A stretch of DNA of 64,000 nucleotides from Glycera tridactyla (taxonomy: Eukaryota): contig OZ286472.1 in NCBI GenBank assembly GCA_965644265.1, positions 51,336,001 through 51,400,000 of the forward strand, written 5' to 3'. Each line of letters begins with the position of its first letter. Positions within the stretch are counted from its first letter, which is position 1. The notes beneath the pieces are model-generated. The model was not told the origin of the DNA. It was given only the letters and a program-made list of their open reading frames with translations, and did not search any database. Both the position numbers and the translations under genes were made by a program. Below, one piece after another: positions 51,469-64,000 of this stretch.

Positions 51469-51521
51469 GGGCCAGACACACAGAATCCGGGACTGTCAAA
51501 ATACTGAAGTGAGATCCTCAC

Positions 51522-51693
51522 CTGATATACTTGTGTCTGCGAGGTCGCATTTTGCTGCAACTTTCGGGTACTCCTTCAGTTTTCTCTGCGCTAGGTTAAT
51601 CTCCCCTGTATATTGCGCCTCATCGAATAGTTTTTCTAATGTCCGTGATAAAGAGGTTGGGCTGAGACCGCCAGCACCAAATGCGGTCGCCAT
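51522..51693 (-). CDS. LRCH: Leucine-rich repeat and calponin homology domain protein, coding exon 1
   Basis: caaaATGG start; MATAFGAGGLSPTSLSRTLEKLFDEAQYTGEINLAQRKLKEYPKVAAKCDLADTSIS then G|GTGAGG phase-1 donor; resembles the LRCH N-terminus (LERALEEA...LNLSARKLKEFP...DLSDT) and its exon boundary before DLSxN. Confidence 0.85.
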
Positions 51694-51699
51694 TTTGAA

Positions 51700-51800
51700 A
51701 ACTGACTTCACTCCATCACGGAGAAATGACGCATGCGCGCTGACCTAGATTCCGCGCTCGGGAAATGACATCATTGGCAAGAAAGTAGGGCGTCCTAGAC
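51700..51800 (-). promoter_or_regulatory. LRCH proximal promoter/5' UTR
   Basis: CpG-rich; CGCATGCGC NRF1-like motif at 51730-51738. Confidence 0.4.
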
Positions 51801-53421
51801 ATAAGGGAAGATCTCAAATCACCGTAACCCATTTACGCCAGAAATATTTTAGGTGGAAATTGCGACATAGTCCGTGAAAATTTGCTTTTGACCATCAATG
51901 GAATTCCGATGAAGCAAATATCTTGTGTGCGTATGTATCTGACTGTAACATGATCACATCATGGTATGTCGCCACGTTATAGTGAAAGTGGGTGATTTCA
52001 GTTGTTCTGCTAACATATTCAAAAATTAAACAGATAAGCCCAGCTACAAGAACTTTCTCTCAAGTTGAGATGCTCCCAAACCCCATTAAACAAAAATGGA
52101 ACACGCTTTTCTTTCTTCACGTTTTCATAAAAATTGGAGGAGATATTTCTTTTTAATATCTACGAAGTGAAATACATAGGTGATACCAGGACATGTGGCG
52201 TCTTAAAAGTGCGCTTACATGTGCCCACTTAATACGGGCGTTTCTCACTAGCTCTCCTCTAGTTTTGGAGGTTGAAATGAGTGGCAATAATACTAGTTCC
52301 GGAGACGAGGATGAAAGCCTGCTTGTGTGATGCAGTCAGAGATATCCCATTAAAATTCAGTAATCTCAGATGAGGGACTTTAATCAATGACCTCCTGGAG
52401 AGTCAGTTCCACCCCTTGTAAAAATATACTGTGGTCAACTGGAAGTTGTGATAATCAAAGTCACATATCTGATTTCACTCTCCCCAGCTGACCAGTGATC
52501 TGATATGTGAGGTAATAACCACATACCAACATCACAGGGGTCCTGTCTGGAGGAGGGGCACAGGCCGCCCAACTGCTATCACCCTGCATATGATTACTCA
52601 CAGCACATATCCAGAAAAGTTGCTTATTTCAACCCAAAATTTCCCTAGTTCATTATTGTGCAATTATTCCCATATTCTGCACAATGGTGACAGGTTTTCT
52701 GTTTGATATGTATGGAAGCTCTGAAGAGCCCATGAGTTATGGATCAATATGAAAATTGAGATATAAAGTATCACCCCTATTGTGTACCATTGGTAGTGAG
52801 GAGGCCTTGTCACCGGAACTAGAATTATCAGGCTGTCTGCGCATGCCTGGTCCCCTGATGAGGCCAGAAACCGAGTAGTGAGGAATGCCCGTATTGTTTT
52901 CACAGAAATTCAACATGCAAGTGGCCCCAGTTATTATATAATTCCCATCGGCTTTTTGAGTAGGTATTCACCAGAAATTTCTGTTTCTTGAAATTGCAGC
53001 CCACTGCCCTCGACATGATGGTAATGACAAGTTGATGTTAACAGATTGATGGGTGGCAATACCTGCGCGCCGTGATTGTCCTGATTATCATTGCCATTGT
53101 TACAGAATTCCGGATGATTGATTTGATGCAACTTGCTGACATGGGGCTTGAAGGAATTTGCAATATACGGACAAATGATACCACTATGTCCTTCAAACAG
53201 GAGCATACACAGCCAGGTGGAAGATGTTGACTGATATGAAAGCTGAAGATACTTTGGGCAACTTCTGGTAACTCACAAACGTATCACAGGAATCACTCAA
53301 TAAATTACATGTATCAAAAATACACATCATTGAGTTGAAGTATTAATGTGAGATTCCGTGGTTATCCAATGAACTTGTCAGGCGATCTGATCTACCAAGG
53401 AATTTAACTCAGCCTATAGAC

Positions 53422-53432
<11 letters not shown>

Positions 53433-53478
<46 letters not shown>
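53433..53478. repeat. (TG)n microsatellite
   Basis: Direct reading. Confidence 0.95.
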
Positions 53479-53482
<4 letters not shown>

Positions 53483-54384
53483 CGAGCACGTGTGTGTGAC
53501 AGAGTGTGCAGTGTGTATTTGTACGGGGGGGGGGGGGGGGTAACAATCTTGTGATTTGCACAGAGTACCTCACCAGATTTTATGAGAAAAAATGTCACCG
53601 GGAATACCGCGACAATATTCTTTGCCAATCTCCCATTTGTTGTCCCGACTGCAATATGTATCAACTCTGCTCTGCCTCCTACCCCCCCCCCCACCCCTCA
53701 AGTTTGTAATCTAGATGTGACATTAACTGGGGATGTGGTCCCAAATTCCCTTTAGATCAAATCTGCGTCAGATCTGGCGACTGTACAATTGTATGGGCAA
53801 TCACATGGTCAGTGCGACGGCTTTTAGATTCACGTGACTGGACGAAATATGTGGAATAATATTTGGCAGGATCCCGCAACCAAAAAGTACCTGGAAAAAA
53901 CGATTGGATATTTAATTGTTCAACTCAGCATGGCCAAATAGTTCTTTTCTATGGCATGACATCTCAGAGCCAATTCGACCAAGATACTTGAAATCATGTA
54001 AAGTAGTGGTTGGATATGATCTCTGCACCAATTTTGATGATTTGGTATGAGTCAAGATCAAACATTCATACTGTTGTAATGGCTCAGATATTCTGTTCAT
54101 CGAAATGGTCTTCTCTCGACTGAGAAAATAACGAAGATCATCGGATCAGATGACTTACATATATCAGGTTTTTGTGAACCAATTTTTGAGGTTTCCCGCT
54201 GAACTGGTTGAAGCAGTTAAAAGCCCATGAACAAAAACCATGTTTCGAACAGGTACCATGGGTATCCCCGGGGGCTGTCCAGGTGGTTCCTATAGCTCCT
54301 TGGGTCAAAACAACGTCCACCTCGGACCAAAATTTATTTTTGGGAGACGTCATCTCCGTTGGATTATTATTACTACATCCAAGT

Positions 54385-55200
54385 TAAAATTCAATCTTGA
54401 TACTTCGCACTGCCATAGACTCGGGTAGACTGGCCCAACGTGGGCGAGTTGCTCTAGTTGTGCTATATTGAAACGTCACCGCTGCGATATAATGCGAAAT
54501 GCCTCCTTGTAAGATTTTAGACATCTCTGGCTTCAGTGGGTTGTCCAGTGCTCTGTAATCATACACGATGGGGTGATCTTTGAAAGAATCATCAAGCCCT
54601 CTCTTGAAAGAGTCCACACAAGGGGCTGTCACCACTTCCTCTATGAATGCACTGTTACCACTCACTTAAGGAAGAAGAATCTTCTGTTTGTTCTTGCACT
54701 GCATTTTCAAGACATAGACTGTGTCCATGTGTCCTACCATTTGACATCCTCCTTGGACAACATGGTTCCGCGTGAAAAAGACCATGTACATATTTGTATG
54801 TGCTGATCACTTCCCCTCTCAGTCTTTGACAGACCAGGGTTGGGATTTCTAAATGCCACAGTCGTTCCTCATAGGATAGGTTGTCTAGTCCTGGGACCTG
54901 CTTCGTTGCTCTCATCTGAACCTTCTCTATTGTTTCTGCAAGTTTCCACAGGTGTGGTGACCATACTGGGATGGCATATTCCAGGCGGGCCTGACCCTGG
55001 ACTTGTATAATAACCTGGACACTTTCTTGTCGGCACAGACTAAAAGGATCGCCATATCAACCCTACAATTTGGTTAGCTTTCTTCACAATTCCTTCAATG
55101 TTGTCTGCGAATGATAGATCCTTTTCAATCATGACTCCAAGGTCTTTTTCCTGATCTGTGAAATTGAGATGCCTACCAGATTTTACTCTACATTGTGATT
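54385..55200 (-). mobile_element. CR1-clade LINE 3' fragment, degenerate
   Basis: QEKDLGV...KKANQIVGLIWRSF; RATKQVPGLDNLSYEERL..LEIPTL..RLRGEVISTYKY; EEVVTAPCVDSFKRGLD. Confidence 0.9.
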
Positions 55201-55344
55201 TTTTTTCATACTTCGATTTATCAAACCTGCTAATCAAACCAGCTCACCGTCACGGTGATTACCTCTATTGAAAGGATACTTGTTCTCAGTGAGAATCTTT
55301 GTTCAGTCCGACAGGCCTATTACCGGTTCGCTCGTCACATAGTT

Positions 55345-55357
55345 CGCCATCTGGCGG
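55345..55357 (-). promoter_or_regulatory. CTCF-like motif (CCGCCAGATGGCG) in a CpG-rich candidate promoter
   Basis: Close match to the CCASYAGRKGGC core by eye; just upstream of a candidate first exon ending at the GTGAGG donor (55461). Confidence 0.4.
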
Positions 55358-58300
55358 TAGTGCTGCATTCGGGTCCCCTAACTCGAAGTTGGCTGTGTGT
55401 CGATCTTGTTTATTGACTGGGTACCAGAAGGGAGAAGATGGCCGACGAGTGCTATTTAGGGTGAGGAAATGTGATAAATGTTGATTTTCTGTTGCTTGCG
55501 TGTATGATAGTGTGTATGTGATGCACGGAAATGTTGCTCATAATATGAAGGAGGAATGGGACCCAATTGGGAAGAGCCCCTTCCCTTGGATGCTCTCATT
55601 GCATGCATGAACAATGTGATCACTGATGGAATGACCAACTGTCAGCAGTGTGAGGATTTATTGTAATGCTGATGTCTCACCAGATAAGGCTGTAATAAAG
55701 TATTTTGTCTTGAATTGAATTATTCTAATCACATCATGATGATTGATGGATAAAAAAATTTACCATCATTCATTTTGAGAATCATGTTAGAGTTTCGCTT
55801 CTAAGCACCTCTGTCCTCAAGAAATAACTGAAAAACAAAATAAAAATGGAAACAACTGAAATCAAATACCTCCGATGAGAGACCATTTATGTGGGACAGC
55901 TTTGACCAAGTGAAATATATCTCTGGACCAGAGACCACCTAATATACAGGTAGCTCTGTTGAGTTTCATCTATAACAATGATTTTTGTAAGATATTTTAA
56001 GAATATAGCTGCAATGGGAATAATTAAGAATAGAACCATATTTTACTGATACATAATTGCAATATCAAATTACTTGCTGTAAATTATATATGGGCATGTG
56101 ATAGGTGCTATGGAAGTAATTTGATGGTCTTTGGACAAGTAATTTGCCATTCAGTGATAAACACAATACCATTCTGTTGATCACAGACTGGTAATAAGCA
56201 TATGAAAGAGCCTCACTTTTAGTGTGGATCAGGTGAGAGTGGTATACAACATCAATGGGCAACAACTAGAGGACACCTGGCATGTGTTTACAGTGCTACT
56301 GTCATGAATGTTGATCTAATCAGCAATGATGGCATCCAGCTGATCGAGCTAACAATCAGCTGGCTTTCTTGTCTATGCGTTTTTGTTGTAATGTCTTTCT
56401 TACCAAGATGAGAAGCTTGACTTGCAGAAATCATATATCATCATATATGTAGGAGCCCATCCTACCTTATGTTTGGCTTCTATTGTATAAGTTTGTAGAC
56501 CATGGATATTAATTTAGCATTGGCTGCTATCAGGCGGTATTTAAGTTTGAAGAAGAAATAACAACAGCGAAGGAATCTTCAAAGTGACACGGTAAGAATG
56601 TTTTGGTGTTTTGCTGGAATCATGCACTGTTTTTCTTTACTCTTGCTGAGTCTCCATGTCCAGATAAATTATCTCAAGATTTTCAGATTGAGTGAAATTG
56701 ATGTTATGATCAGTAGTCCATGTTCAGAAGCCTGTTAGAGATGAGTATAATTTGTTCTGTGACCTCGATTTCTTGCTTAAGACATGATAAATTGAACTTG
56801 GATTTGCTCAACCTGAAATACTACTCATGTGATATCTCAGATGTATAGTATTCAACCACAGTGGTTTCTGACTCAATGGTGTAGGAATTTCCCTCTCCAG
56901 AATTTTATAGTATAATATAACTGTATTGAATAAATAAGTAATGTCATGCGTAGCCACATGTTCCCTTCTTCAGGTTTGTTGCTTTGATACATGTACAGGT
57001 TTGATTATGATTATAAGCACTTCATCTGGAATTTTAAGAATCATTGAACTGGTTTGATATTATGTCTTAAGAGATTGGGATACTTCCTGGATTTTGCTGT
57101 GATATTCAAGTCACAACTTGATTATACTTATGACTTTTCATTTCTTATTTATATTTGTTGTGACAGCACCCAAAATATATTGTTCTTTTCCAGATAAGAC
57201 ATGTGGAGAACAGTGAGGAATTTGAAGATTTTGACAACATTGAAGTGGAGCAAATGTCACATCAGTTGTTTCAAGCTGCACAGTTGAATATAATATGGAC
57301 AAAATCAGGAGACTGCAATTGCATTGAAAATACATAACATTTCACGGAATATATCACAACATGGAAGTACATGAATTGGAAGAGAACACCTTCCCCTTGT
57401 TGGAGGGTTGTTCTTTTGTGGAACTGGAATCACAAAACCATGGTGTTTGCACCCACCATAATACATGCCATTGACATCAAGAATTTCACTGGTCAGTGAA
57501 TGTTTCAAGGATGGACCAAGCAATGGAATGACGGATGATGATGATACAACTTCCAGTACTCTGCTCAGCACTTGGCTGGACTTTTGAGCAGTCATGAACT
57601 AGATATTGAGGTTGCAGAAAACCGGAAAGAGTACTACTTGTGACGTTGAAGTGCTTCAACAGAGTGGGAGAATTGGTGGCACACCCTGATTTTGTTTCAG
57701 AATAAAGCTTGGATGTTTTCATTCGAAGTTTGGCGAGTAGGTGGAGATATATGTCAGGTATCCTGTATTTTGTTTCAGCATTTGTCTGCCACTTATTTAT
57801 TACAAGCAAAACTACACCAATGAAATTTCACTCAAGTCCTTGAAAATCTCCAGTTTTCACTAGATATCCTGGAGTTTTTTTATCCTGAAAAATTATGCAG
57901 TTTTCACCAGGTTTCTTTAAAATGTCCTTGAAGTATTTCTTCAGATGTTCAATGACTTCGGGGAGACGCTTTTGCAGTAGTCACAGAATTGTGAACAAGT
58001 CTAGTCGCTACCAGTGATTTGTCATATTCACGAGTGACTTTCCCCAAGCATTGGTGAATATCCTATCACACTTGAGACACTGATGTTTGACAGGGCAGCT
58101 AATTTTCACCTGTCACATGAATAACTGGTCATGGAATTGTAAAACTTCGTAGATCATCATCACCCAATCACATATTTGCCGTAGCTCTTGCTGCATTCAA
58201 TTTTTTCAAAGGAAATACTTGAGCCTTTTTTGTGATATCTCTCATGTCTGAAATACCTTGAATAAAACTGCTAAAAAGGTGGTTGTAGATTACCAGTGAT

Positions 58301-60543
58301 CAATGTTATTTGCTTATTTGTGTTGGTGAGTTCGAAAAATTCAAGCCATTTGCTTTGATATTTTTTTCAGCCCATCCCTGGTGTTAGCAGTTTTTCTGTA
58401 GTCATTTGATGATAAGTGGCATCGGTGGTGAGTTGTGTGCTGGTTTAGGGTTGAAAAATTACGTATAAAAACAGCATTTTCAATTGCTATTTTGAGACAC
58501 ATAGAACCAACTGTCTGAAAGCTCATTAGGACATTCTGTTCCCAAAGATTCTACTAAGGTCTGTTCCATTTAAATGTGGATCTTCGATGTTCCCTAGAAT
58601 GAGAATATTGAGCACACTGCTCAGTAAGATGGAATCTTTTCAAAACATTTTTTTTTTTGCTTCCTGATGAATATCATAATGTTGATGCACAGGGCAGGAG
58701 CTGCTGTTGATATACATGTAGTGGTATATTACACACAGTATTTCATAGCTAGTGATTGTGATGTCACAGTGAGAAACTGTGATGCTGACTACACAACTAA
58801 CTAGTTAGCTTCAAGATGGAGTACAGTGAGTTACACATGATTTGAACACAAAAACAGCGACAGCGAAAAGCAATCTCCCAAATTATGTGCTGTCATCCTA
58901 GGGTTCATACAGGTATTGAAATTCTGGGAAAAAGTATGACTCATACAAGTTATGAACTAAAATTGGAGCAAGCTGCAATAACATTTTTCTAGAACCAAAA
59001 TATATCCCAATATAGCCAATGTGGACCTGACATGGTCATTACATGATACAAACCCATTCCAACAGGCTTGGCTGTACATATAGTGATGTAGTATTCAAAT
59101 TCTATGTGTTAGCACTCTGCATTGGCGCTAAATCAATATTTCCAGTATCAAATTTGGCTCAAGCAACCATTCCAAATTGTTCATGATTTAGCCAGAGGCA
59201 TTGTAAAGTGACTTCAGTTTTGCCATAACTTTCATTTCACGCTGGTGTACTGAGTTCCTGAAATGAGAATTTGTTTTTGCAGTCCCCAAATATCATTGGT
59301 GATGGACTTCTCATGAATACATGAGGTTTATGAGAGGATACGATGACTGTCTTCATTCACTTCAGACTGACTTTTAACCAGTTCTGACTTGTCTATTTCT
59401 CTAGTCAGATGGGAAAATTTTCAAGCCGTGGTTACCTGGCTAATGGCTAGTGCCAACACCATCCAGCAATGAGCCAGTTAGCCATTGGCTAAAGCTTTTC
59501 TTAACTTGCTCAAGAAATTGATAAGATTTTAGCCAAAGTGTCGAAAGGGAATCAGGTTGAATCACAAGAAGACAGGGATTTTATCCTCTCACATAGCTTA
59601 TGTATTCACGAGAAATCTGTGTTTTATACATGTTTCTTTATTGGGGGGGGGGGGGGGGGGGATGGTGGTTGGAAAACATATTTCTCTGTCTGGAACTTGA
59701 TACACCAATTTGAAAGGAAAGTGATGACAACATTGAAACAATGAGTGGCTAAAAGTGGCATATCTGATTTAGCCAAATATGCTACACTAAATATCTTTCT
59801 TGTACTAGAAACCCATGAAAATGTCCCCCAACTACCTTGATGTCAAACGAAGAATACTGTTGAATCTAAATGAGTCAGTTGCAAATTATCATATTTCATG
59901 TGGTGGAACTGAAGAATAGTGATATGATTGTTTTCGATAGTCATGGGGTTTTGTCTTGGGCCCACATATTGTGTTAGAGATTATCCATGGTAGCCTTTTG
60001 TACTTACCCAGATTGTGCAAAATTGGATTGATGGACAACCAAATCCCAGAAACAAAGATGAATTTTTGGATCGTTGCTATATAAAATATCCTAGAAGCTA
60101 TTAATTTGGAACATTATTTTGCCAGCTTTGAGTATTACATGAAAAAAAAGAGGGTAATTTGCCTCATCAGAGCTGGCACCAGAGATTTCTATGATTTCTT
60201 GATAACGTGCATGTACTTTGCTCATTTTGCAGAGCATGATGTTTGCTCATCTGAAAATGGAACATGTGTTCACTGGAAGTGAACGTTAGAAGCTGTCACA
60301 GGAGCTGAAGTCCAAGATCATTTCAGGAGGATTTAGAGGGCACTGCAGCGCCCCAGTACAGATTGAGGAAACTAGGAGAAAGTAATCCCTCTCACCAAGT
60401 GGCCAACTGAAAAATTGCTTCCATGTGAGATGCATTGGAAAGAATTCTTCTGAGGAAGATTACAGAGCATTTCTTCTGAGGATCAATCAAGATTAAGTGT
60501 GGAAATCAGGAGCAGTTCATCTCCTGAAAAAATCTGCTGGAAA

Positions 60544-60686
60544 ATGATGGACCAAAGGCTGGCCGACCGTAGTATTGACTACCACGGTCCGGAGCTTGTT
60601 GACAGGCTGGCTGAAGAGGAAGTCCCTATACAGCTGCCAAGTTTTCTCACACTAAGTCGGCATGGCACCAAGCAGGAGATACCACC
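60544..60686 (+). CDS. TTC14: TTC14 coding exon 1
   Basis: MMDQRLADRSIDYHG resembles TTC14 MDRDLLRQSLNCHG; donor CC|GTGAGT (phase 2). Confidence 0.85.
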
Positions 60687-60720
60687 GTGAGTCTGTTTAT
60701 ATATTTGCTATATCACTTTA

Positions 60721-60898
60721 CAGTCGACCCTGCTCTGAAGACCACTTCTCTATAGAGACCACCTCTCTATAAAGACCACCCTGAGCTGCGACCATGGTAG
60801 TATTTTCAACAGTAAGTGACCTCTCTAAAAAGACAACCTGCCTATAAAGACCACTTCTTGATGCGACCGAAGGCGGTCTTTATAGACAGGTTCGACTG
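60721..60898. mobile_element. MITE, CAGTCGAACC family, in TTC14 intron, TA TSD
   Basis: ta|cagtcgaccctg ... caggttcgactg|ta. Confidence 0.85.
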
Positions 60899-61366
60899 TA
60901 CTCTGTTCAGCGAGTGAAAACTTTGCTGAGAATTTTCTATAGTCTTGACCTGGGTTGATGCAAGGGAGATCCATTACAGAGATGACCAATGCCATTAACC
61001 TTCCCAAGAGGTCAAAATGTTGTACTGCCAAGCACAGATGAGTGAGAACCCATGTTGCATGACTCACGGTTGCTTGTGATGTCAAAGATTCACAGCACTT
61101 TTCTACTCATATTATCGACTTATATTTTATTATAAAACGTCTGTGTGGGATAGTTTGCTGGGAGGTGAAATTTTTGGAGTCAGACAAGACCAGAGAATAT
61201 ATTGTGGAAGCACATAGCAAGTTGAAATTGATGATGACAATTTTTGGATTATTTCACTTGATGACTCTTCTGAGGGACCATTTGTTTCATCTAGCCTCTC
61301 AATTTTGGAAGGAAGATCAACATTGGGTTAGTCTCTCAATTGAAAGTTCTGTTTTGTTCTCTACAG

Positions 61367-61479
61367 GGATGCTGAGTTTGATCGGAAACTGGTCCGATTT
61401 ATTGCTAAGAAGGCGGACCTGTTATTCTGCAGTTATGAGGCAGAGAGAGAAACTACTACAAGTAAAGACCCCGATCAAG
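61367..61479 (+). CDS. TTC14: TTC14 coding exon 2
   Basis: ctctacAG|G...; DAEFDRKLVRFIAKKADLLF (cf. KFISKKADLLF); donor G|GTTTGT; phases consistent. Confidence 0.9.
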
Positions 61480-62215
61480 GTTTGTGGTTTTTACCTGAAC
61501 TTCAGCTACCAGTCTGCGATTGAATTACCTGCCATGTGATTTCATAGGACCACAAGCTGCATGAGGCCCTAATGCCCTGTGGAAGTATCTTGAAGTGCAA
61601 AGGTTCACATCACAGTTTTCAGGGTTTGCACAGGCCCTAAAATGCCCTAAATTTCAACCCTGGCCCTGAAAATGCCCTTAATTGAGATGGGCCCCAAAAG
61701 TGCCCTGAAAACTTCCTAAATTCTGCTGGAAATGCCCTAAACATCATTGAATTTGCAGCATCTGGTTCTAAAAAGACATAGAAGTCATGCTTGTTGAAGA
61801 TGGAAGCTTCAGATCATGAGGGTTTCAGAATCATTTGCGTCATTAATGATTATTCTCAATAATCGGCGTAACCCTTTTGGGTCATCAGAAATGGGCATTC
61901 TAAGTTGGGAAGAGAGGGCTTCCCACCTGCCCAGGTCAGCCAGATTCTCCTGCTAGGTAGATAAAATTTAATTCTCTTGCCAGCTAGATTGTTAGGAAAT
62001 GATTATTAATGCAGTTCATAAAGGAACTGGGCATCTTGTACTAGTTAACATTCACTCATGAAAGTCATTGCTACCATAAAGGTTGTAGCGTGGATGAAAA
62101 GAATAATGAGTCTTGATGGAGTAGTTTCTGTTTCCCATCGCCTTTGATATTCCTTATCTAAACCATGAGATGTCAATTGGAAGACTTAAATTTTTATATT
62201 CTTTTCCACTTTCAG

Positions 62216-62290
62216 AATTGTATGCTGTGATGCCACCATTGGAAACTTTCATGGAAGCACCGGAATCACTGAGGAGGGATCATTTCTTCA
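62216..62290 (+). CDS. TTC14: TTC14 coding exon 3 (3' end lost in the N gap 62291-62456)
   Basis: ttttccactttcAG|; ELYAVMPPLETFMEAPESLRRDHFF (cf. YAIMPPLEQFME...RRELFF). Confidence 0.92.
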
Positions 62291-62902
62291 NNNNNNNNNN
62301 NNNNNNNNNNNNNNNNNNNNNNNNNNNNNNNNNNNNNNNNNNNNNNNNNNNNNNNNNNNNNNNNNNNNNNNNNNNNNNNNNNNNNNNNNNNNNNNNNNNN
62401 NNNNNNNNNNNNNNNNNNNNNNNNNNNNNNNNNNNNNNNNNNNNNNNNNNNNNNNNATTTGGTGTAGGTTTACATGGGTTGATGGAATAGATTTCAACTT
62501 TAAACATGCTAGACATCTGGTTTAAAGTTCCTCTAATTTTTCCCCAAACTAACTTTATTCATACAATGATTGAGTGTTTTGTTATTTTTCATCTTCATTT
62601 TTCACAAGGTAGTGTAGAGATTAGACATACTTGTATCTGCGAATGTTTGTCTGAAATGGGGAGGATATTCCAACATAGCATTGCCATTAAGAGATAGCAG
62701 GTTGAATTTCCTCAAGCACCTCCAGACAAATTGGACATTTTCGAAGTCAGTTATTCTCATAATCCCCCCCCCCCCCCCCAGAATTATCCCTGTGTATGTC
62801 TAGACAGCCAGAGATTGTGCGTTATTTCTGAAATCAAAGTGTTGGTGAAATAGTGATTCTCCTTTGTTTTCTCGTATATTTCAACATTGTGATTTGTTGC
62901 AG

Positions 62903-63025
62903 TCAATCAAGAGAGGAGACATATGCATGGGTGTAGTGGTGAGTGTACAGGACAGTGGACTGACAATAAGTCTGATGTGCATTGAAGAAGAGAAAGGCCG
63001 CGATATTGATGACCTCAATATCATT
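62903..63025 (+). CDS. TTC14: TTC14 coding exon 4 (S1-like region); gene continues beyond the window
   Basis: ttgttgcAG|; SIKRGDICMGVVVSVQDSGLTISLMCIEEEKGRDIDDLNII (cf. IERGDIVIG...RDIAHLEIT); donor GTGAGT, 123 nt. Confidence 0.92.
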
Positions 63026-63459
63026 GTGAGTTTTTTGAAGAAAAATTATCATTGTGACAATTTTTCTTCATTGTTTCAGTTCCTACGCTTACTTTCAAAC
63101 TACATAACTTGTGTCGCGCTTGCGTGGCGCGTGCACACACACACACACACACCAGGGTGAGGAGACATACAAAAGTTACCCGCCCAATGGCCCGCTAGAT
63201 TTGAAATCTACCTGCCCTGCTCAAAATTCAGCCTGCCCCCATTATTTTTGTTTTCATTTACTATCATTTTTCCACCCGCCCACTGACCAGATAAACTAAA
63301 AATGAGCCTGTCACTTGCCACCTGTCGCACTTACACACACACACATGCACGCATGCACACACACACCACCACCATTTAATTTTATATCAATCACATGCAT
63401 TGGCAACAGGTTCATGAAATGTGTCAAATGCCCTAGACACATTTTTTTCAGTCATATAT

Positions 63460-63537
63460 GGGATTTGAACCCTCTGGGTAAGGCACCCACTGCCAGCAAC
63501 ATGCTGCGAGCACCCCTAACCGCTGTGCCACATAGTC
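63460..63537 (-). mobile_element. tRNA-derived SINE head / tRNA-like pseudogene
   Basis: A-box TGGCACAGCGG and B-box GGTTCAAATCC; no acceptor-stem pairing. Confidence 0.55.
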
Positions 63538-63921
63538 ATTCCTCCCCCTCTCTCTTTATATCTCTATCTATCGTCATTTATCATCATTTTTTACCACTTT
63601 CAGGCATTTTGCCCAGCAAGAGAAGTACCGAAGTACATAGCACATGAAAAAGCTACAGAAACATTCTCGGTCAAGGATAAAGTCAGAGGTAAGCAGATAT
63701 CTCACACGCCTCGATTACTACTTGAATGTGAACACAATTATCTTCAGAACACTTGCTAAGAACTTAGTTGGACTGGTTTGTGATTCCGGGTCACATAATT
63801 TGGACAGACCTTGAAGTTCAAACTGTTTGCATCATTTATTCTGTGAAATGCTATGTATATCACCACTCAGGCGCCTTTTGTAAATGGTATATACTCCAAG
63901 TGTCAGTATACAGCGTATATA

Positions 63922-64000
63922 CAGTAAAACCTGCTATAGTGAAATCCTGTCTCCAGTGAAAAGAAAAATCTGGCCCATGACTTTTCACTATAGACAGGTC
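63922..64000. mobile_element. Partial MITE at window end
   Basis: ta|cagtaaaacctgctatagtgaaatcctgtc..., reverse complement of the end of 41753-41912. Confidence 0.75.

Noticed and set aside
55600-59400. Box C/D snoRNAs in the putative leader introns
   Set aside because: No canonical RUGAUGA...CUGA pair with a terminal stem was found
63460-63537. Functional tRNA gene
   Set aside because: A and B boxes are present but the acceptor stem does not pair; treated as SINE-derived

Overview
AT-rich, repeat-dense genomic DNA of a bilaterian invertebrate (inferred from spliceosomal introns, L2/CR1 LINEs and many MITEs; species not determinable), with three N-gaps. Two host genes lie head-to-head: coding exon 1 of an LRCH-family gene (minus strand, 51522-51693) and the first four coding exons of TTC14 (plus strand, 60544-63025). 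I found no LRCH exon 2, so positions 1-51521 are provisionally LRCH intron 1. The main feature is a young, nearly intact 7.35-kb Ngaro-type tyrosine-recombinase (YR) retrotransposon (44122-51468, minus strand), inserted 53 bp downstream of the LRCH exon-1 donor in sense orientation. It has split direct repeats A1-ORFs-B1-A2-B2 that look identical by eye, gag, RT/RNase H without a methyltransferase domain, and a YR broken only by one extra C in a C7 run. It also has an SGNH/GDSL hydrolase ORF placed 5' of gag, and a candidate internal promoter plus a 103-nt intron ending exactly at the gag ATG. A 9-bp core (TATTTGTGA) is shared by both element ends and the internal B1/A2 junction, which looks like an att-type crossover core. 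The rest of the window holds LINE fragments, TA-TSD Tc1/mariner-pogo-like MITEs, CAG-ended elements with 5- and 6-bp TSDs (hAT5/hAT6-like), Helentron-like (HINE) repeats and microsatellites. All family assignments come from motifs read by eye; no database searches were run.
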